A stretch of 35,242 nucleotides of DNA from Phoronis australis (taxonomy: Eukaryota; Animalia; Phoronida). Of this stretch, positions 1 through 8,680 are shown piece by piece. The stretch's first letter is position 1. Each line of letters opens with the position of its first letter. The stretch covers positions 25,456 through 60,697 of the forward strand of contig NMRA01000759.1 in NCBI GenBank assembly GCA_002633005.1, read 5' to 3'. Under the pieces are notes generated by a model. That model did not search any database. It had not been told where the DNA came from and was given only the letters and a program-made list of their open reading frames with translations. The position numbers and the translations under genes are program-made.

Positions 1-675
1 GAATTCTTGCAGTCGGTTGGTTTTGTCATTCGAAAGCAACCTTTCCAGGATGGGGAGGTGGAATTTTATGTACTGAGTGAGGAAGGGGCCTCAAATGTGG
101 ATCGGCTTAAAGAGATGCGGGAAATCCTGTTAAACTCGGAGCCTATTAGACCCGAACTTGATCATGGCTTACAAGTGTTCTACCCGAGCCAGATGGCGAC
201 AAAGTTTGAGTTGCCAGATGAATTTTACAATATGACTGCAGAGGAAGTGAAGCGAGAACAGCAGGCTCGAACCGAGGCTGTAGAAAAATTAGGCATGCTG
301 CGGACGAAGGAAATGCGTGAGCGCGATCGCCAGAGAGCGCTGAGGCGATATCGGTACACCTTGTTGAGAATACGCATGCCGGATGGTTACATTCTGCAGG
401 GAACATTCAGAGCCATGGATAAATTGGGATCTGTGATTGCATTTGTTAGGGAATCTTTGTCAGAGGAATGGCTACCATTTATTTTGAGCACGTCGACGGG
501 TCAAAAGCTACTTGAGGAAGACATGCGATTGGCTGAGTTAGAACTGGTTCCGGCTACGGTGTTGAACTTGGCTTTTGATCCCGAGGTCTTGGCTGACATG
601 GCTGTTCAGCATGGTTCGCATCAACGTGAACGTTCATTGAAGCCTGAAATCTTGGCTAGTGTCCAGTCATTGTAA
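1..675 (+). CDS. UBXN6: UBX domain-containing protein 6 (UBXD1), 5'-partial: end of PUB domain, linker and C-terminal UBX domain
   Basis: Frame is open from base 1 (EFLQSVGF, PUB-domain helix) to TAA 673-675. Motifs FELPDEFYNMTAEEVKREQ, MLRTKEMRE, RRYRYTLLRIRMPDGYILQGTF and LAELELVPATVL match the UBXN6 family as I know it. The ORF-track start at 7 is not the real start. Confidence 0.9.
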   Translation, partial: EFLQSVGFVIRKQPFQDGEVEFYVLSEEGASNVDRLKEMREILLNSEPIRPELDHGLQVFYPSQMATKFELPDEFYNMTAEEVKREQQARTEAVEKLGMLRTKEMRERDRQRALRRYRYTLLRIRMPDGYILQGTFRAMDKLGSVIAFVRESLSEEWLPFILSTSTGQKLLEEDMRLAELELVPATVLNLAFDPEVLADMAVQHGSHQRERSLKPEILASVQSL

Positions 676-1020
676 GGTGTTGTGCTTCAGTTGAATAGTT
701 TTCAGTGCTTGCCTCTTTATGTATTTGATATGCCTGGACATTGGTTATGATATTTATTGCAATTTGTGTTATCTTATTGTGAAATTAAATCGGAATGAAC
801 TGCGAGAGAGTTTTTACATCTGTGGGACTACTTCAATTTAGAGCAATAGTCGGATATAACATGCCGGCATTTTGAAAACCAGTTTGATGCACATTATTCA
901 GGGAAGAAACCTGATTCTCAAAATGCAGCACCATATATGGGACTATGGACAAACATGGCTAGCATAAGATTTACAAGTAATGATGAACAATGCCATATTG
1001 CACAAGTTGCCCAATACAAA

Positions 1021-1026
1021 AATAAA
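1021..1026 (+). terminator. Candidate poly(A) signal for UBXN6
   Basis: First AATAAA downstream of the stop; an ATTAAA alternative lies at 784-789. Confidence 0.3.
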
Positions 1027-1656
1027 TGGAACATTTTCCACCTTCTGGATCTGATGTCCTCCTTAGAACAGATGGCGGTTGGCATAAACATGAAGAATGA
1101 CTCATTCATTCTGCAGAAATGACGTGTATCTGCCTACTCCTGGGACCCTGTTTATTGGAGGTCATACGGGGTCTTGGGTTAGGAGTAACCCATCTACAAA
1201 ACCATAGAACTGGGTCAACTGACCTATGTAAAAGTATACGTTTTGTGAAAATAGAACGCTTGTAAAACTTCAATTTTGGACTTACTAGCCATCTACTATT
1301 GATAGGATCATTTGATCATGTTTTTGGTAAAATTTAAGAAGGAAAGGTTTTTCATACCAAACAAAGATCATGGACATTTTTAAGATTAATCGTCATCGGT
1401 TTTTACATTTACATTATTTCTGTCACTTTTTTCAATAGGATGAAATTTGTGATAGTTCCCGCATTTGATGTTGAAATTATTTTTAAAAAATAGTTTACAA
1501 CAACTTTTAGCAAGTCATGGTATTGGAAAGGCAAGTTTCACTTGAGTCTGATCAGTAATTTTATGTATTCCCAGTTCTTTGCGAAACTCATACCATCGAA
1601 GGAGATATGTCACACTTGATTAGGTAATATATTATGAAAGCGGCAATCCTTATTCC

Positions 1657-1865
1657 AAGGGGGGATCAACAATTGGTCAGACTTCAAAACCAGCTGGCTG
1701 AAGTGCAAAACCCAATGGCCGGTGCACTAACTTGGTGGTCGGACTCAAAAACTCGTTGGCTGGTACCTCAAAACCAGATGGCCGCACTCAAAAAAAAAAA
1801 ACGGTTGGCCGGTGCCGAAACACAATGATTGAACTAATTGGGGAACCCCCCCCCCCTTCCCCTTG
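1657..1865. repeat. Degenerate ~21-bp tandem array inside G-rich/C-rich imperfect inverted ends (MITE-like)
   Basis: Seven units beginning TGG(C/T)(C/T) at 1674, 1695, 1716, 1736, 1757, 1779 and 1806, most carrying C-AAAAC. Flanked by CAAGGGGGGATCAACAATT and AATTGGGGAACCCCC...CCCCTTG. Confidence 0.55.
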
Positions 1866-1915
1866 ATTCTAGTGATGTCAAATTCACAATTTTCAAATTG
1901 TTGACTTGAATCTCA

Positions 1916-2236
1916 TTTTTATGCGCCCACATATTTATATGAAGACGCATTATGATGTCATCCCTGTCCGTCCAGCGTCCGCTGCTCTACCTCTAAAACC
2001 CTTTGGCATGATTATGTCGTGAGATTTTGTACGTGTGTTCCTTTTATGGATGGGACAGCATGAGCGAACTTTCGGACGGATCCGACGACCAGTGTGTCCC
2101 CTAGTGGCAATTTTATTTTTACGTTTACCTCTGTGTCTTCAAAGGTGCTCAACGAAATTTAGCATCAATTAGTGAGTTCACGCAAGTGATCTTGAGATTT
2201 AAGCACGCACTTGCGACATCTAGTGTGCAACTGTTA
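1916..2236 (+). mobile_element. Possible non-autonomous Helentron (HINE/DINE-1-like) element
   Basis: Starts in a T-run (TTTTTATGCGCCC), has a GTCC microsatellite remnant (CTGTCCGTCCAGCGTCCG, ~1963-1980) and a 3' stem-loop TTGCGACA-TCTAG-TGTGCAA followed by CTGTT. This is the known HINE layout; boundaries are approximate. Confidence 0.4.
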
Positions 2237-4741
2237 ACTAAAATTTTGAATGGTGGACATGAATTCGTTTGTCGTGGGTTATTGTTTCTGTTTTAATTAT
2301 TTTTATTGCCCATTCTGTATGTTATTCTGGTCTTGGTAATTGTTTCCAAATGTGGTTTGACTGGGATGGTTGGGTTTGTGACCGAGGGGCTGAAATGACT
2401 GGCAACCTGGGACCTTTGCAATGAAAAGGATTAAGATCATTAAGAGCTAGGATACAATGAATGTACCGTACCGAGAGGGGTTTTGCATTGAACAGTTTGT
2501 CACGCCCCGTTGTACCTACCACCTCACCCCCGTGTATACGCCAGTGCTTGGAGCTCGCAATTTGCTCGTAATTGGTGGAAGTGTTTTCATTTATATCTCA
2601 ATTATGACATCGCCAATCGCTGCCACCATGGCCTAAGCAGGGATCTGTAATTCTTTCTTATCTGATTAAGAAGTTCAGATAACGCTTGTTGAGTAAAAGT
2701 GTTATTTTTGGCAAATAAAGTGGAAATACTCATTTCACTTTTAAACGTGCAATTTAATGAATATTAGTTTTTCATTGGTATGCTGTGTGATGTCATCAGG
2801 CCGTCTAAATATTGATGACAATATGACAAAAGTTACAAAACACAACTCTCTGAAGTTCTGTTGACAGGTTTTGAATGTTCTTATAGAGATGATTAGACTT
2901 TTATGGCCTACGATGTTTTTGCCTTTCTCTCTGCTCGGTACAGACCCACATAACAATACGCCAATGTAGGTAAAGACAGACAAAAGTGGCCCTGTGAAAT
3001 AATACTGTCCATACCACTTGCTTTGGCACAATAGGTTACAAACCACTGCCCAGCATTCACTCTTTGAAAAGCAACCATGTTAGACTGAGTGAGGTAGCAT
3101 ATGCATATGCGTCTTTTGCAGGTTGCCGACATCTCTAAATACAGTTGCTAACATGATTTAACAACTGGCCTGAAACATGGTGACATACAGTAATGTTTGA
3201 TACAAATGTTTCCATGTGAGTGAGAAGCATACAGAGGTAATGAAATATCTAAGTTGTGTTAATATTGGTTTTTCGTTATGCAAGATAGGTGATTTTCAGC
3301 TTTTTAATGCAGTTGTCATTGTCATTGAAGGTTGTCTTCTATCAGGAACGTGTTTGTTCCATCAACGCTTTCATTTATAGGTTGTATATAGGCGGGGGAC
3401 TCGCCCCCTCCCCCCTTGGCTACCGCCAGCAAAATGAAACAGAAACAGCGTGAAGCGCGAAGAAAAAGAGAGTTCACTAACTAGGACTGGTAGCGGATGG
3501 GGGGCTCAAATCCCACATTGCGGTGGAATCGTGATCACGTCTTTTTTAGTCCACCGATAATTTTTCTGAACANCAAGATAAGAGGAAGAGTCCCCCTCAT
3601 CTGACGCAGCACGTTCATATGCTACTAAATCAGGGACACACAACTGGTCTCATTGACAGCACATGTTAGTGAACATCTTTATCGCTTACACAGAATCGGT
3701 GATAACCATTCGTGCTACTGTGCCTTGTCTGTAGGTCAACAGATTAGCCAAAGTTGGAGGACCCCATTTCATTGCTGTTACAGCATTTGAAGCTGCTTGC
3801 CAATGAATCACCTTAAATGCAGCATATGTCCCTCTCGGGTCTATGTAATCTAATCTGCCTGATAGATCAGTCTATATTTCTTTTATTAAATGGCTACTGA
3901 TGCTTCTTTAATGCTAAGTTTGATGTTCTGACATTGTCTGCTTACTTTGTTGTCAATAAGATTTTTATGGTATCTGATTGGTTACATTGCTAGTTGCTTG
4001 ACATCCTGGTGATGTAAATGAAAAGTGTTATTCCACAGGGTGGAAAAAATTATCAAACTGTGTTCCAGACAATAAGAGGACAGAAGTATCAGTTGTCATG
4101 TAATGAAACAACATGAGTAACCCAAAATTTAATGTCAGGCCATAAGGTGATGTGGCACCTTACTGACAAATATCCACAAACGTTGGAATTTAACTTTCTA
4201 AAACACTGCTTTAATTCATGAAAGTAGAGAGTCTGTATATACTGGTAATGACTTTATATATCAATCTGCCATTAATTGGGTCCCTTGACCATATTTTTAA
4301 TAAGATTCCGGAAAAAGGAAAACTTTCATAACAAAACAGTGGTGTCGATAACATGACCAATTTTCTTTTTATATAAACGTTCGAGATGGAATCTGAAAAA
4401 TGCCGATTCTGTTTTTTAGTAACCCTTTTCGTTTTAATCAATGTTTGAGTTTTTCATGAACTTACTGAAAGTCTCTGTTTTAGCTAGCCCTCCCATGCCA
4501 AAGTAGATCAGTCAAAAGACAATCTCTAAAAGCCTGATGGGGAACAGTGCATAAAGTACAACATCTGAAAGTTTTTATTGGAATCCTATTAACCGTTTTC
4601 AAGATGTTTTCCACTTTACCAAGTTTAGACATTTGTCTAGGATCTCCCATAACCTTAACCTGATGATTGAACACTTTTCTTTTACTGCGCAGTGAATGAT
4701 GTCGTATAACTGTTGGTCTTCACATACGCCATATGTTGACC

Positions 4742-4880
4742 AGGTGTTGGCTAACGGGTTAGCAGAAAGTCCTGGGTTCAAACCTTGGTGGGGACAGAGA
4801 GCATTTTAGATGTAACTATGTATCACCTGATGCCAACAAATTGACAGACCTCAGCAGAAGTCTTCAAGACTACCAAAATT
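4742..4880 (+). mobile_element. Degenerate tRNA-derived SINE-like repeat
   Basis: A-box-like TGGCTAACGGG at 4748-4758 and B-box GGTTCAAACC at 4775-4784. Spacing is too short for a functional tRNA; the 3' boundary is uncertain. Confidence 0.35.
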
Positions 4881-6039
4881 TGGATAAACTTCTTACCAGA
4901 ATAATTTGATTACGTAGTCGAACTTTTGTCAAAGTTGAATTTCGACATTGTGTCTAGTCCTTAATTTTTTGTTTGTGACTGGTCTTGCGCAATAAGTTGT
5001 TTTTTTGAGATTTAGCTAGAATTGGATTGGATTCTATTGGAAAAGAAACAAAATATTTTATTAGCCTTGTCAAATTACGACATTGTGTAGTTTATTTTGA
5101 AAAATACTGTATGCCAGTCTTTGTACCTTTACAGAGTATGTTTTATGTTGTATTATAATTTGGTGGTATGTTGGAAAAAATAAAAACCTGTCCATGCAGA
5201 TATTGTTCAAGCAAAGTCACATTCTTATTTTTAAATATCTTTAAAAACTATCCACCATTTTCGTTGTAACATACATCATCTCCAGTGAGAGACTACGGTC
5301 CACCTGCACTAACATGGAGAACAAGTCATGTTTTCCGTGACTCCCTGAGCTTTCCAAAAAGAATGGGCCCAACTCGAGGATTTCACTTTTGTCTATGAAA
5401 GTGTCACATTAAAGGTATTAAAATATTTTATAGAATTTAAAATGTGAAACCCCATACTGTTTTAAGTACTGGTTAAATTTGAAATTATGTAAAAGACGAT
5501 TGCTGATGTGTTAGAGTTGCCTCAAGAACAGGAATTGCGTTTAAAGTTTATTGTAATCTGCGAGAGAAAGCTTGCTTCACCACTTAGTTTTTTGTGAAAT
5601 GAAGAGACACTGATTCCTAGTTTGCTTATTAAAGGGAACAGTATTTTGTTCTGAATTGATTTAGCATACAGCTTTGTACCAAGGCAAGGGCAACGGATGG
5701 TGTCCTATGTCCGCCCTCTTGGACGACACCTTTTTCGTAAAGTTTGAACAACTAGGTGCCATGCAAAAAGGCAAGAATTTTTTACTACACTGGCAAACAG
5801 TAAATAATAAGAATCGGTGATACAATTATAAAACCCAATGTAAACTCTATCCATGTCGATGGTTTCTGACCGTTAATGAATCAAGTCCGTAACCGACCGT
5901 TGACTTAAAATCTGCTTGCACTGATATTGTGTCAAGCCCTTTGTGCAGCCCACTACACTGCTGGTTTTGATTGGCTGTCAACTGTGAATTAGGAACCACG
6001 ACATGGTCGCGCACATGGGGGATTAATTGCCTTTCGACA

Positions 6040-7140
6040 TTTTAGATTTCTTAAGTTTCTAGTAGTATTGGGCAATAAATTTTCTTTCTTCGAATCTAAT
6101 AAATTGTTTGCCATTCTCGTGCATACAGAGCCCGTAATGATTCAAGTGGCCACTAGTAAAACAAGATTTAAACATACAGTAGAACTTGGCACAAACCCCT
6201 CTCAACGCAAACTGAATTTTGAGATCGGTGATACTATCTAGTTTTTTACAACTTATACAGTGATCAGATTGCTTGACACCAATGTTGACAAGACTGGTAC
6301 ATTTGTGCCTACAATTATATGAAAGTATCTTGCCTGGAAACACTTCAACCTGGTGAAACAAGTAGAATAAAGAAACAAGTATACAATGCACTCCACCATG
6401 TGGGTGAATTAGTAACGTTGACCCACGTTTTGAAGCTTTTATCGTACGTTTCGCATTTCTGGAATCTTTGCTCAATCGACAAATTGCGTAGATAAGACCA
6501 TAAAATTATTGAAAGGGGGAGAGAAGTCATACCTACATGTTTTAAAAAATTATTCATTCATAAGATGTAAACAAATATTAGTAATACGTTTTTATACTGT
6601 TGCTTCGTGCAGAGTTATATTGGTATTTGACCAAAATGACCAAACAATTAAATAAATTAAATAAATTACTAATTTTCTTTGACCAATGGTAATAAGATGC
6701 ACCTCCAAAATGTAAAAAGTTGTGTCTCTCAATAAGCAATGTTCCAACGACAATTCTTTACAAAAACTCTCTGGCCGAAGTTAGTTTGTGCGACCATGAC
6801 AGATTTAATGAAGGATTCAATATGCGCCATTTTATAACCTCTTGGTGGAAAGACTTACATGTATATCAACTAGGTTCATTTTGCCACTCCAAACCCATTC
6901 CTCGAAAACTTCTTCAATATGTTTAATTATTTGTCTGGGATGCGATGCCAAACCATGAGAAACAAACGGTCCAATCTTGGTGGCAAGGGAAATTTAATTA
7001 CTGTAATTCTGCCAAGAGGAGTTAACCATCTCCTAGACCAGGTGAATATTTATCTTTCAGTTACCCTAATTTTTCATTGAAGTTCAATTTGAATATTTCT
7101 TAAAGTTCTAAAAGGCCACCACTAAAGACCATAGCCCCAA
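6040..7140 (-). mobile_element. Decayed L1/Tx1-clade LINE, 3' part of ORF2 (post-RT region and zinc-knuckle region)
   Basis: Minus-strand translations across frameshifts give WSRRWLTPLGRITVIKF (~6987-7040), HIEEVFEEWVWSGK, RGYKMAHIESFIKS and LVNIGVKQSDHCISCKKLDSITDL, in the order expected for an L1/Tx1 ORF2 C-terminus. Confidence 0.75.
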
Positions 7141-7167
7141 AAGGAAGGATTAATATTTGAACAAGGG

Positions 7168-7202
7168 CACACACACACACGCGCACACGCACACACACAC
7201 AC
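7168..7202. repeat. (CA)n microsatellite with CG interruptions
   Basis: cacacacacacacgcgcacacgcacacacacacac read directly. Confidence 0.9.
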
Positions 7203-7294
7203 TAAAAAATCATCTTGTCTAAAGGAAAATTTGCTGTCGACAGAGCTGATTTTTTTAAATAAACACGTCCTTTTTAATGTATCTCACATTCTGA

Positions 7295-7432
7295 CAAGTA
7301 TTTTATTGGACTATAATTATTTCGAATTCAGCCAACACAGTGCGTTAAAACGTCCTTCACCGAATATCTCCTCAAATGATAATTATTTGAGTGAAATTGC
7401 TATCTCAAAATATAATGCCTCGCCAAAACAAA
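7295..7432 (+). repeat. 138-bp direct repeat, copy A
   Basis: 135/138 identical to 8102-8239 (offset 807; differences at 7324, 7384, 7399). Confidence 0.95.
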
Positions 7433-7436
7433 ACAA

Positions 7437-8100
7437 AGTTCAAGCGAAGCAAGTTCTGTAGAGTGACATTTCCTGAAACCATATTGATGTTTATTAAGAA
7501 TATCAATTTCATTTAGGAAAGTTGAAAGTTGAGTATGGATAATTTTTTCTATAATTTTTTAGATTGTTGGAAGAATAGAAATGGGTCTATAATTTCACGG
7601 GTGCTCTGGGTCCAAACCATGTTATTTAAAAACTGGGATCACCTTAGCAATCTTTAGAGCATCTGGAAATATACCAGTGTGCAAGCACTGGTTGATGATG
7701 GTCGTGAGAGGTTCAATTATAAAAGGACTGCTTATTTTGATAATTTTAGATGATAAATTGTCATGACCAGTACTATTTTTTGCGTCCATGTCTCTTATAA
7801 TATCTAGTACATGTTTATTATTAATTAGTTTGAAAGAGAACTTAAATTTGTTTGGCGTGGGAAGATAGTCTTTGAAATTCTTGTTTTTATCATAGTTATT
7901 GATTCAGAAAGGGATGGGCCGATTTGGGTAAAGTAGGTGTTGAATAAACTTGCCATTTTGGGTAGGTCACTGGTTTTAGTGTTATCTGAACGTAAGAGAC
8001 ATTCTAGGGTATCATTTTTTGTTCGAACGCCGTTGTTCATAACTGTCTTTATTGTATCCCATGTTTTATTTATGTCAGACTTCCTTTTTTCGAATGTGTC
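7437..8100 (-). mobile_element. Decayed CR1/L2-group LINE fragment (ORF2 tether and N-terminal RT domain)
   Basis: Minus strand reads FNTYFTQIG...STGHDNLSSKIIK...EPLTTIINQCLHTGIFPDALKIAKVIPVFK*...NYRPISILPTI*KIIEKII...HQYGFRKCHSTELA: canonical non-LTR RT motifs with in-frame stops, truncated at both ends. Confidence 0.9.
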
Positions 8101-8101
8101 N

Positions 8102-8239
8102 CAAGTATTTTATTGGACTATAATTATTTCAAATTCAGCCAACACAGTGCGTTAAAACGTCCTTCACCGAATATCTCCTCAAATGATAATCATTTGAGTG
8201 AAATTACTATCTCAAAATATAATGCCTCGCCAAAACAAA
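8102..8239 (+). repeat. 138-bp direct repeat, copy B (begins right after the single n at 8101)
   Basis: 135/138 identical to 7295-7432. Confidence 0.95.
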
Positions 8240-8284
8240 CAAAATTATACGTCAAAACATGGCACACGTTTAAGAACAATCCAT

Positions 8285-8440
8285 CAGGGCTGGGTTGCAT
8301 AAAAATTTAAAATTATCCGCTGGATAAGATTGATTTTTACGTGGCGTCAGGTGATTTTGTTCAACAATAACAACTTTGCGCATGATAATGCGACGTCATT
8401 GTTGCGAAACGGTGTATATTTTTTATGCAACTTTGCCCTG
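8285..8440. mobile_element. ~156-bp MITE
   Basis: Terminal inverted repeats CAGGGCtggGTTGCATAAAAA (8285-8305) and TTTTTATGCAACtttGCCCTG (8420-8440), 18/21 complementary; AT on both flanks. Confidence 0.65.
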
Positions 8441-8544
8441 ATGATTTTCAAAACAGGCTAGCAGTTACCGACAATACTTGCATGAATGTATCTGTGGAAA
8501 ATTTTCAGAATATGCGCTGATAGACTTTCTTACTTTTGGGTGGG

Positions 8545-8660
8545 CCAATATTTTTCTGAAATTCCCGGTAATTCTACGCTTTAGATGTTCGGGGGGTTAT
8601 ATCCGTTCAAACCGTGTTGGCATTTGACGTGTTGGTGACGTCAAACTATTCGTGACGTTT
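8545..8660 (+). promoter_or_regulatory. Candidate proximal promoter of the 653-aa ORF: CCAAT box plus three clustered CRE sites
   Basis: CCAAT 8545-8549; TGACGT 8625-8630; perfect TGACGTCA 8636-8643; TGACGT 8653-8658; ATG at 8681 in CAAAATGG context. Confidence 0.5.
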
Positions 8661-8680
8661 CACTTAACAAGTTTTTCAAA

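Noticed and set aside
1-6. EcoRI site at the first base suggesting a vector or clone junction
   Set aside because: GAATTC reads in frame as EF of the UBXN6 PUB motif; nothing indicates vector sequence.
1674-1826. CRISPR-like array or coiled-coil gene (ORF 1634-1828)
   Set aside because: Units are contiguous degenerate tandem repeats with no constant repeat plus unique spacer layout; no cas genes; eukaryotic context; unit lengths break the frame periodicity.
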